DNA from: Mycobacterium leprae TN
GTDB taxonomy: Bacteria > Actinomycetota > Actinomycetes > Mycobacteriales > Mycobacteriaceae
Direction of reading: 5' to 3'
Assembly (NCBI RefSeq): GCF_000195855.1
Contig: NC_002677.1
Coordinates: 2,310,001 to 2,342,000, forward strand
DNA: 32,000 bases
Below the pieces are notes generated by a model. That model did no database searches and had not been told where the DNA came from. It saw only the letters and a program-made list of their open reading frames with translations. Both the position numbers and the translations under genes were made by a program. Within the stretch, counting starts at the first letter, position 1. The number at the start of each line of letters is the position of its first letter. Shown piece after piece: positions 21,776 through 32,000 of the stretch.

Positions 21776-22469
21776 TCAACGCGCCGGCAACGGCTGCTGT
21801 GATTGCGTCGCCGACGCCAGCATCCGGAACTGGCTAGAGCAGCCAGCCCCGGTGATCGCGATCTGAGCAGCACCGACCGGGCTAGCGAACCTGCTGGTCC
21901 ATACTGGCTCGGCGGCCGCACCGCTGTGGTCTTTCTTCTGGTCCGAGCCTTGATAGACTACCCACTTGGTGCCAGCCACATCGACAGTGCCGGTCGGATG
22001 TGAAGAAGGATGGATCGAGGCGACCAGTCTATCCTCGTCGGCATTGCTCTGGGTCAGGCTCAGATACATTCCTGTAGGGGTGATATATCCCACGGTCGAA
22101 GTAACCGCGGGCAGCCGCTTACCGGTGGATAGGTCCATACGCCCATCTTCTATACTGCCGCGACTACCGGAGTTAGACCGCCAGCCCGTGGGTAACTCAG
22201 GCAACCGAACCGGAAACCCCAACGCTCGAGCGTCTGCCCGCAAGGCCGCTGCCGCGTCGTAAGACGAAACCGTGCTCTTGGTCGTGCCGCCCGGGGCAAA
22301 CGTACACGTCCCGGCCATGCCGGCCAGCAGGATGCACCCAACCACCAGCGGCACCAGCGACCAGAACATGTCACGACCGTCCTGCAACAGTCGCGGTTTA
22401 GCCGACCATGACACCGAACCCGGCTTATTGGCGACCTCGGAATTTGGCTGCCACTCAAAGGTCACCCGT
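21776..22469 (-). CDS. DUF4245-family membrane-anchored protein (Rv1100-like)
   Basis: C-terminal approximately 230 aa of the 21776..22912 ORF: [30 protein letters not shown]..., [43 protein letters not shown]. The upstream part of the ORF is antisense to glpX and unlikely to be translated. Start approximate (GTG near 22469 or further in). Confidence 0.78.
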
Positions 22470-22547
22470 CTAGTATCCCAGCCCTGCTGGTTAACAGCTA
22501 GAGCCCAGCTCCAAGTGGCGGATCTACTTCTGGGACAATCATTAACC

Positions 22548-23615
22548 ATGACAGCTGAGGGCGACGGCTCGTTCAAACCCGGTCCGCCGACGGAGCGGCG
22601 TGGTGAAGCGCCAGACCGCAACCTGGCCATGGAACTTGTCCGGGTTACCGAAGCCGGTGCCATGGCCGCCGGCCGGTGGGTGGGCCGCGGCAACAAGGAG
22701 GGCGGTGACGGCGCGGCCGTCGATACGATACGGGAACTGGTGAACACAGTCTCGATGCGCGGTGTCGTTGTCATCGGCGAAGGCGAGAAAGACCATGCGC
22801 CGATGCTGTACAACGGCGAGGAAGTCGGCAACGGTGACGGCCCAGACTGCGACTTTGCAGTCGATCCGATTGACGGCACCACGCTGATGAGCAAAGGCAT
22901 GCCCAACGCCATCTCGGTGCTGGCGGTCGCCGATCGGGGCGCGATGTTCGACCCTTCGGCAGTGTTTTACATGAACAAGATCACCGTTGGTCCTGACGCC
23001 GCGCACGTCCTAGACATCACCGCGCCGATCGGCGAGAACATCCGGGCGGTCGCCAAGGTCAAAGACTTATCAGTGCGGGACATGACCGTGTGCATACTGG
23101 ATCGGCCACGACACGCCCAGTTGATCGACGACGTCCGCGCCACCGGCGCCAGGATCCGGCTAATCACCGACGGCGACGTCGCCGGCGCAATCTCCGCGTG
23201 CCGCCCCCAATCGGGCACCGACATGTTGGCTGGTATCGGCGGCACCCCGGAAGGCATCATCGCAGCCGCGGCGATCCGGTGCATGGGCGGGGCGATCCAA
23301 GCTCAACTAGCGCCACGCGATGACGTCGAACGCCGCAAGGCTCTCGACGCCGGCTACAACCTAGACCGGATTTTGACTACCGAAGATCTGGTTTCCGGAG
23401 AAAACGTCTTCTTCTGCGCCACTGGGGTCACCGACGGCGATCTGCTCAAGGGGGTGCGCTACTACGCTGGCGGCTGCACCACCCAGTCAATCGTGATGCG
23501 TTCGAAGTCGGGCACCGTTCGGATGATCGAGGCCTACCACCGGCTCTCTAAACTCAACGAATACTCCGCCATCGACTTCACCGGCGATAACAACGCCGCC
23601 TACCCCCTGCCGTAA
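22548..23615 (+). CDS. glpX: Fructose-1,6-bisphosphatase class II
   Basis: Start at [14 protein letters not shown]; motifs [95 protein letters not shown]. Confidence 0.96.
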
Positions 23616-23641
23616 ACCACGCAATGAAGAGGACCCAATTC

Positions 23642-25048
23642 ATGGCCGACAGCGCCGAATACCGCATCGAGCACGACACCATGGGCGAAGTCCGGGTACC
23701 GGCAATAGCATTGTGGCGCGCGCAAACCCAGCGCGCGGTGGAGAACTTCCCAATCTCCGGTCGAGGTTTAGAGCGCACCCAAATCCGAGCGTTGGGTCTG
23801 CTGAAAGGCGCTTGCGCGCAGGTCAACAAAGACCTGGGATTGTTGGCTTCGGAGAAAGCCAACGCAATCATTGCCGCGGCGGCCACAATCGCCGACGGCT
23901 ACCACGACGACCAATTCCCGATTGACGTATTCCAAACCGGATCCGGCACCAGCTCCAACATGAACACCAACGAGGTTATCGGCAGCATCGCGGCAGCCAA
24001 CGGTGTACCGGTGCATCCCAACGACGACGTCAACATGTCGCAATCATCCAACGACACATTCCCGACCGCTACCCACATCGCAGCCACCGAAGCCGCGGTA
24101 CGCCATCTGATTCCGGCGCTGCAAGAGCTGCACGCCGCACTGGCGACCAAGTCCAGCGAGTGGCACACGGTGGTGAAATCGGGTCGCACGCACTTGATGG
24201 ACGCCGTTCCGGTAACACTCGGCCAGGAGTTCGGTGGATACGCTCGCCAAATCGAGGCCGGAATCGAGCGCGTACGCGCCACGCTGCCACGGCTTGGTGA
24301 ACTGGCAATCGGCGGCACCGCAGTAGGCACCGGCCTCAACGCTCCCGATGGCTTCGGCGCTAAGGTGGTCGAGGCACTGATCGCTACCACGGGTCTGACC
24401 GAACTACGACCGGCAGCAAACTCATTCGAGGCACAGGCCGCCCGAGACGGGCTTGTAGAGGCATCCGGGGCGCTGCGCACTATCGCGGTGTCACTGACTA
24501 AGATTGCCAACGATATTCGGTTGATGGGATCCGGTCCGCTGACCGGCCTGGCGGAGATCCAGCTGCCAGACTTACAGCCGGGTAGCTCGATCATGCCAGG
24601 CAAGGTAAATCCGGTTCTTCCGGAGGCGGTTACCCAGGTTGCCGCGCAGGTGATTGGCAATGATGCCGCCGTTGCCTGGGGCGGTGCAAATGGAGCCTTT
24701 GAGCTCAACGTCTATATCCCGATGATGGCCCGCAACATCTTGGAGTCGTACCAGCTGCTAACCAACGTGTCCAGGCTGTTTGCGGAGCGTTGTATTAAAG
24801 GGCTTTCCGCCAATATCGAGCACCTGCGCGAGCTGGCCGAGTCGTCGCAGTCGATCGTGACACCCTTGAATTCGGCCATCGGATACGAGGAGGCTGCCGC
24901 GGTGGTCAAACAAGCACTCAAGGAACGCAAGACCCTCCGTCAGACCGTTATCGACCGCGGCTTGATCGGGGACAAGCTGTCCCTCGAGGAGCTGGACCGC
25001 CGACTTGATGTGCTGGCGATGGCAAAAGTCAAGCCAGCGGATTCCTAA
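23642..25048 (+). CDS. fumC: Fumarate hydratase class II
   Basis: [52 protein letters not shown], signature [15 protein letters not shown]. Called fum in M. tuberculosis. Confidence 0.96.
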   Translation: MADSAEYRIEHDTMGEVRVPAIALWRAQTQRAVENFPISGRGLERTQIRALGLLKGACAQVNKDLGLLASEKANAIIAAAATIADGYHDDQFPIDVFQTGSGTSSNMNTNEVIGSIAAANGVPVHPNDDVNMSQSSNDTFPTATHIAATEAAVRHLIPALQELHAALATKSSEWHTVVKSGRTHLMDAVPVTLGQEFGGYARQIEAGIERVRATLPRLGELAIGGTAVGTGLNAPDGFGAKVVEALIATTGLTELRPAANSFEAQAARDGLVEASGALRTIAVSLTKIANDIRLMGSGPLTGLAEIQLPDLQPGSSIMPGKVNPVLPEAVTQVAAQVIGNDAAVAWGGANGAFELNVYIPMMARNILESYQLLTNVSRLFAERCIKGLSANIEHLRELAESSQSIVTPLNSAIGYEEAAAVVKQALKERKTLRQTVIDRGLIGDKLSLEELDRRLDVLAMAKVKPADS

Positions 25049-25069
25049 CCGAATTGAGGAAAATTAGTC

Positions 25070-26100
25070 GAGGCCAGATGGCGCCAAGACCTACCTGCGT
25101 GGCCTCCGAGCGCCCGCACAGCACCATGGAACAGCGTTCGACCCAGTACTCGACTTCGCTCGCTCGGTCGATGGCTACCTTACAAAGATCAAGATCCGGT
25201 GGTCTGCGGTTTGGGCCAGGTCGGCTAGCCGTGCAGCCTCATTGACCGCATCACCGATCACGGTGTATTCATAGCGGTTTCCGGCACCAATGTTGCCCGC
25301 AAAGAGTCGACCTGTCGATACGGCCAATACCGAAGTCCACCGGAAGTTAGCGCAGCTGAATACTGAGGGCACGTGCGGCGGCCTTGGCAGCCGCTGCGGG
25401 TTCGTTGATCTGGATCAGCGCGCCAAACACGGCCAGCGCGGCATCGTCGGCAAATTTGTTTATCAGCCTGTGATGATCGTCAACGGCGCCGACAACGATC
25501 CGGAAAAGTCGTGGAGCACCTCAGCAACTTCTTGTGGGGGAGGCTGTACGCCAACTGCGTATAGCCCACCAGGTCGATGAAAAGAACTGCGACCTCAACC
25601 ACAGATTCACTGACAGCTACATGCACCTCCTCGATAGCGCTATGGGCTACGCCCGTCCCAACATAACGCCCAAACAAGCCATGCAACCGGTCACGTTCGG
25701 CAAGGCCAGCTACGATGCGGTTGAATCCTGTTTGCAGGAGACCAATTTAGGAGCGCTCGTAGGAACCGACATACGTTCCCATGTGGGCCGCACTCGACTT
25801 CCACCATCGCGTTGACGACCTCGCCAATTGGATCCGATATAGATTTCGTCGTCAGGATCATGATCGGCAGCCAACAACCATCGCTGCTAGTGGCACCACT
25901 AATCGCGGCACAATCCAATGACGCAGATTTTTGAATAAGCCAGCCGTATTTACGCAAAACCACAAATGTCATAGTGGCCCCGATAGAAAGTACGCTGCAC
26001 AAGAATCACAGGAGAATCATTTTCACCAACACGCCGGGCATTGCCAGGCGCAGACTCGGAACCCGAGTGTGGTGACCCGCACGATCGACCGCAGGGTGCG
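25070..26100 (-). pseudogene. Degenerate HAMP/class III adenylate cyclase-like gene
   Basis: Minus-strand fragments: NPISDPIGEVVNAMVEVE (HAMP-like), MHGLFGRYVGTGVAHSAIEE, VEVAVLFIDLVGYTQLAYSLPHKKLL (cyclase N-terminus), GRLFAGNIGAGNRYEYTVIGDAVNEAARLADLAQ (cyclase motif). Order is correct; frames are disrupted. Boundaries approximate. Confidence 0.86.
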
Positions 26101-26130
26101 TTGTGTAAGTTGTTTAATGTGTTATAGGAG

Positions 26131-26652
26131 TCAACTCAGTGCCTTCTGGCTGGCCGGTCTGCCAAGCAACACAACAAGCCCCATATGGGCAGCAGAAGCG
26201 TAGCCCCGCAAGCACGATTTAGCAGCATCAAGTATAGCCGCCAACCAACCAGGCCCAAGGTGACAAACAGAATTGCCTACTGGCGTCCTGGAATTTTCAT
26301 GACGGTGTCTCGTTGATCCAGAGTCGGCTCCTCCCCCGCGACAAACCAACCCAGCGTGGAAACCAGGATCAGCGCACCCCGACCCGCAACGCCGATGACC
26401 ACCAGCACCAGCAGAGCCGCAATAGCGTTGGCATTCTTCTGCACGAAGTCGAGGTATGTGTGGCCCCTGAGCGGAATCAAAATGGCAGACGAATCGATGA
26501 CAGCAAACGTAGGCCGTGGCGCAGTCGACGGCGCACTGAATCGACAGCCCGCCAACCGTCTTTCGCTGGCCTTTGCACCTCCCGCCGGATCTGGCAGCAA
26601 GATTCCACCGCAGCCGCGTACCCCAACCCAGAACACACCCCGCGTTGCTCAC
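26131..26652 (-). pseudogene. Possible remnant of a small membrane protein
   Basis: Overlapping minus frames with a hydrophobic stretch FVQKNANAIAALLVLVVIGVAGRGALILVS...; no intact recognised gene. Confidence 0.35.
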
Positions 26653-26688
26653 GCTAACAAGTTACCCGAACGTATCGCGAGCCCGTGC

Positions 26689-27564
26689 TTAAGCACCGTC
26701 ATTCGATCCACCCGAATTCTGGCCAGAAATGTCGGTTATCGGGAAGTTGGGCATCGGCTTGGGCGACGAGGTGTTGGGCAACGCCGGGATCAGGTTGGCC
26801 GGAATATCATGAAGCTGGTTAACTGGCGGACCGTTCTCCCGACGACCGTAGCTGCTGCCGGGCGCTCGAGGACCAAGCAATTCGGTAACTGTCACCAGCC
26901 GGTAGCCGTTGGCCTTGAGCACCGGGATGAACTGATACACTAGGTCGACGGTGCTCGAGTACGTGTCATGGAACAACACTACCGACCCCGGCTTGATCTG
27001 CATCATCAACATACAACGCGTTGCTACTGTGTCGGAGTCGTTAGTCCAGTCGAAAGGAATTACATCCCAAAGGATTTCGGCTTGACCATAGCGGCCGGCA
27101 ACCTGACGCACCGCCTCATTGGACAATCCGCCGGCAGGACGCCACAGCGTCGGCGTCCTGCCGGTTGCCACGGTAATAGCGTGATTAGCTCTGGAGAACT
27201 GGTCGGCGATGTCCTCGGTCGAGAGCATCGTCATATTGGGATGTTCCCACGTGTGGCTGCCTATCTCCATGCCCGCATCAACGATGCGCTTGGCTCCCGC
27301 CGGGTTAGTTGCCACCTTGTTGCCGATAAGGAAGAACGTGGCCTTGGCGTCGTTGTCCTTCAGGATTTGCACAAGCCGGTCCGTGTACGGTCCCGGACCA
27401 TCGTCGAACGTCAACGCTATGCACTTGACTTGCGCGCAACTCATGTCGTCGGCCCGCGTCACGTGACCGGTAAGGGCGCCGATCACCAGCACTGCCCCGG
27501 CCGCGACGACGCCGAAGACGGTCCGCGAATAGCGCCAAGCCTGAGTGTCAGGTCGTTTCAACAC
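26689..27564 (-). CDS. Secreted polysaccharide deacetylase, NodB homology domain (Rv1096-like)
   Basis: 291-aa ORF: N-terminal hydrophobic segment, CIALTFDDGPGPYTDRLVQIL, ATFFLIGNKVATNPA, GMEIGSHTWEHPNMTMLS, RPAGG, VVLFHDTYSSTVD. Confidence 0.94.
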   Translation of the reverse strand: MLKRPDTQAWRYSRTVFGVVAAGAVLVIGALTGHVTRADDMSCAQVKCIALTFDDGPGPYTDRLVQILKDNDAKATFFLIGNKVATNPAGAKRIVDAGMEIGSHTWEHPNMTMLSTEDIADQFSRANHAITVATGRTPTLWRPAGGLSNEAVRQVAGRYGQAEILWDVIPFDWTNDSDTVATRCMLMMQIKPGSVVLFHDTYSSTVDLVYQFIPVLKANGYRLVTVTELLGPRAPGSSYGRRENGPPVNQLHDIPANLIPALPNTSSPKPMPNFPITDISGQNSGGSNDGA

Positions 27565-27618
27565 GATAGCAGCCTACCGAAGAGCAGCGCCGCCAGTGAG
27601 TTTGGAATCTGGGAGCCG

Positions 27619-28920
27619 TCAGTGCGGACCGGCGATCTCCTCGAACATCTCGGTGACCAACGCCGCAACGGGTGACCGCTCGCTACGCTGCAAGGTGACG
27701 TGAGCAAACAGAGGATGGCCTTTAAGCTTCTCGATCACTCCCGCCACGCCGTCGTGGCGGCCGACGCGCAAGTTGTCGCGCTGAGCGATATCATGGGTCA
27801 GCACCACCCGCGATCCCGTGCCCAGCCTAGACAACACCGTCAGCAGGACATTGCGCTCGAGTGACTGTGCCTCGTCGACAATGACGAACGAATCATGCAA
27901 TGAACGTCCCCGAATGTGGGTCAATGGCAACACCTCAAGCATGCTCCGGGAGAGAACCTCCTCAAGCACCGCGGGACTAGCCAGACCCTCGAGAGTATCG
28001 AAGACAGCCTGGGCCCACGGGCCCATCTTCTCGCTCTCACTGCCGGGCAAATAACCCAGCTCTTGGCCACCGACGGCGTATAACGGGCGGAAGACCACTA
28101 CCTTGCGGTGACTCCGCCGCTCCAGCACCGCCTCTAGACCGGCGCATAGTGCCAGCGCCGACTTGCCGGTACCGGCTTTGCCGCCCAGCGACACGATGCC
28201 CACCGATTCATCAAGGAGGAGATCGAGCGCTACGCGTTGTTCAGCGGAACGACCACGCAGCCCGAACACTTCGCGGTCACCGCGAACCAGCTGGACTCGT
28301 TTGGCAGCAGTGACGCGGCCCAGTGCATGGGAGTTACTGCCCAGCAGTCGAATCCCAGTATGACAAGGCAGGTCTCTGGCTTCGCCCAGGTCGATCTTGC
28401 CTTCGGCGAACAGTGCGTCGATGTCTTCAGCGCAAGTCTCAATCTCGTGCATCCCGGACCAGCCGGAAGCGACAACATCCTGCGCGTGGTACTCGTCGGC
28501 GGCAAGTCCGACCGCAGCGGCCTTGACCCGAAGTGGAAGGTCCTTGCTGACCAGCGTGACGCGCCTACCTTCGGCGGCCAGGTTGGCAGCACAGCTCAAG
28601 ATCCGGGAATCGTTACTGTCGGTGCGAAAGCCGGCAGGCAGCACCGTGGGGTCCGAGTGGTTGAGTTCAACATGCAGCGTCCCGCCTTGCATTCCTACCG
28701 GTATGGGCTGATCCAGCCGTCCGTGATCGAGTCGAAGATCATCGAACAGACGCAACGCCTGACGAGCAAACCACCCCAGTTCATGGTGGTGGCGTTTGGC
28801 CTCCAGTTCACTGATTACCACCAGCGGCACCACCACTTCGTGTTCGGCGAACCGACTGCACGCCCAGGGATCAGACAACAACACAGAGGTGTCGATCACG
28901 TACGTCCGGATATCGGTCAC
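27619..28920 (-). CDS. phoH2: PIN-domain/PhoH-like ATPase
   Basis: 433-aa ORF starting GTG: N-terminal PIN ([37 protein letters not shown]), C-terminal PhoH ATPase ([58 protein letters not shown]). Confidence 0.95.
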   Translation of the reverse strand: MTDIRTYVIDTSVLLSDPWACSRFAEHEVVVPLVVISELEAKRHHHELGWFARQALRLFDDLRLDHGRLDQPIPVGMQGGTLHVELNHSDPTVLPAGFRTDSNDSRILSCAANLAAEGRRVTLVSKDLPLRVKAAAVGLAADEYHAQDVVASGWSGMHEIETCAEDIDALFAEGKIDLGEARDLPCHTGIRLLGSNSHALGRVTAAKRVQLVRGDREVFGLRGRSAEQRVALDLLLDESVGIVSLGGKAGTGKSALALCAGLEAVLERRSHRKVVVFRPLYAVGGQELGYLPGSESEKMGPWAQAVFDTLEGLASPAVLEEVLSRSMLEVLPLTHIRGRSLHDSFVIVDEAQSLERNVLLTVLSRLGTGSRVVLTHDIAQRDNLRVGRHDGVAGVIEKLKGHPLFAHVTLQRSERSPVAALVTEMFEEIAGPH

Positions 28921-29318
28921 AGAACGCTCCTCGAGCTAGTGGTCCCGCTCTTCAACTGGGGCCCCCATTCCACGGGCCGCGTCGGCGGGCTTGACTTGAT
29001 CGCCCAGCGTCTGCACGGTCCAAAATTTGCGACCCACATCATCGCCAGACTAACTCCGTGCAGCCCCACACAAGCATCTTGGCTAAGGCTGCGACACCAG
29101 GACCGGGGCCCGGTCCTGGTGTCGCCGTGACCGGAAGTGTCGCCCTGGCGGCAGGGCATATAGCTGGCCATCGAATACAACGCTACTCTCGTGGCGGCAC
29201 TGCCGTTGCGCAGGCGCGCCGAGACCGGACTGGCGAGGATTCCCAGCGTACGTCGGGAGGAAAAGCGACTTAGCTGGTGACGAATTGCGCCAGTTGCGGT
29301 TCGTTTATCAAACCCCAT
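28917..29318 (-). other. Candidate upstream ORF overlapping phoH2 start (possible phoAT-like antitoxin position)
   Basis: 133-aa minus ORF whose TGA stop (28917-28919) overlaps the phoH2 GTG start (28918-28920). No protein homology recognised; the 5' end overlaps the desA2 3' end, so a shorter start is likely if real. Confidence 0.3.
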
Positions 29319-30097
29319 GCGGTGATGCGGTCGGAGATCACTTGCCGCAGTTCGACAGATCCGAAAATACCAGCAGCGGAGATGTTTTCTACTTTGTCGT
29401 GGTAAGCGTCAATGTCAGCACCGAGGACATCTAGACCGGCTGCACGAGCGGCAATCGCGGCGACCGTCTCGTCGCGATTGCACTCCAGACAGTGCGCGAC
29501 GAGGTTGGCGAAGAACTCCTCGTGACGTACTTCGTCTTTGACGATCTGGTTGATCAGTCCGAACAAAGCGGGCTCCTTAATCTGCGCTGCCAAGCTGCCG
29601 CAGAAAAAGGCGTAACTGCGCTCCAGGAACGCCATGTAGACCAAGGTTTCGATCTGCGTGTACGAGTTGACGCGGTAGCCCTTCATCACGTGCTCGACTC
29701 GAACCTGTTCGTTGGCTACCGGATCGACTTCTCGGGTCACTACCAAGTATTCGCGCAATGCGATGGCATGCAGATGCTCCTCCGCGGTCCACCTGCCGAG
29801 CCAACGACCCCACCAACCTTCGAGAATGAAATGCTCGACGAGTTCGCGGTGATAACCGGCGAGGTTGTCTTTAAGAATCAGCAGGATCTCGCAGGCGTCC
29901 GTGACGGCCTTGGCCAACGTCGCCTGGGACGGATCCCAATCGCGGCCGCCAAGGAAGGCAAAGTTTTCACCCCGGTCGAACGGTACGTAGTCGTGGGCGA
30001 ACCAGAGTTCCTCGTTTGCGAAGTGTCGAGCCATGTTGTCTTTCACCACAGGCTCAAGCTGAAGGATCAATGCGTTAGGTACAGGTTTCTGTGCCAT
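29270..30097 (-). CDS. desA2: Acyl-[ACP] desaturase
   Basis: 275-aa ORF: MARHFANEELWFAHDYVPFDRGENFAFLGGRDW, TAEEHLHAIALREYL, LINQIVKDEVRHEEFFANLV; upstream neighbour glyA and downstream neighbour phoH2 as in M. tuberculosis. Confidence 0.94.
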   Translation of the reverse strand: MAQKPVPNALILQLEPVVKDNMARHFANEELWFAHDYVPFDRGENFAFLGGRDWDPSQATLAKAVTDACEILLILKDNLAGYHRELVEHFILEGWWGRWLGRWTAEEHLHAIALREYLVVTREVDPVANEQVRVEHVMKGYRVNSYTQIETLVYMAFLERSYAFFCGSLAAQIKEPALFGLINQIVKDEVRHEEFFANLVAHCLECNRDETVAAIAARAAGLDVLGADIDAYHDKVENISAAGIFGSVELRQVISDRITAWGLINEPQLAQFVTS

Positions 30098-30153
30098 AAG
30101 GTAACTGTAACCCGTTTACACAGTTTTTGTTAAATCAGAAGATTACGTGTAAC

Positions 30154-32000
<1,847 letters not shown>

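Noticed and set aside
22272-22547. N-terminal extension of glpX ORF
   Set aside because: The standard GlpX start MTAEGDGSF is at 22548; the extension overlaps the Rv1100-like gene and reads as non-conserved sequence.
21776-22912. 378-aa minus ORF taken as one protein
   Set aside because: Its N-terminal approximately 150 codons run antisense to glpX, which has unambiguous catalytic motifs. Only the part below about 22469 matches a DUF4245 protein.
26356-28054. Long plus-strand ORFs (26356..26943, 26968..27675, 27209..27466, 27818..28054)
   Set aside because: They are antisense to the deacetylase and phoH2 coding regions and have the Arg/Ser/Pro-rich composition expected of shadow frames in GC-rich DNA.
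28237-29130. 297-aa plus-strand ORF
   Set aside because: Antisense shadow of phoH2; no recognisable motif.

Overview
The window looks like chromosomal DNA from a leprosy-bacillus type mycobacterium (Mycobacterium leprae or close relative). Intact, highly conserved mycobacterial genes are separated by long stretches of decayed coding sequence. Intact genes: sodC, an Rv0431-like LytR_C protein, an Rv0430-like small protein, def, an Rv0426c-like membrane protein, ychF/engD, an Rv1111c-like membrane protein, ispH/lytB, an Rv1109c-like lipid-droplet-type protein, xseA, xseB, an Rv1106c-like 3beta-HSD/SDR, an Rv1100-like DUF4245 protein, glpX, fumC, an Rv1096-like NodB deacetylase, phoH2, desA2, glyA and the 5' part of coaA. 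Pseudogenes recognisable across frames: an Rv0433-like glutamate-cysteine ligase, an Rv0428c-like GNAT, xthA, a very large CtpH-type P-type ATPase, a DUF559-family protein, a dienelactone hydrolase and a HAMP/class III adenylate cyclase. The best structural finding is a perfect 53-bp inverted repeat (20006-20058 and 20883-20935) bounding a 930-bp segment with no recognisable transposase. Other points of interest are a gene-order breakpoint between ctpH and ychF (about 9.4-12.2 kb), loss of catalytic residues in the P-type ATPase relic, and a possible phoAT-like ORF overlapping phoH2 by 4 nt. I found no convincing new defence, CRISPR, phage or biosynthetic system. All family assignments come from reading motifs and from memory of M. 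tuberculosis gene order; no searches were run.
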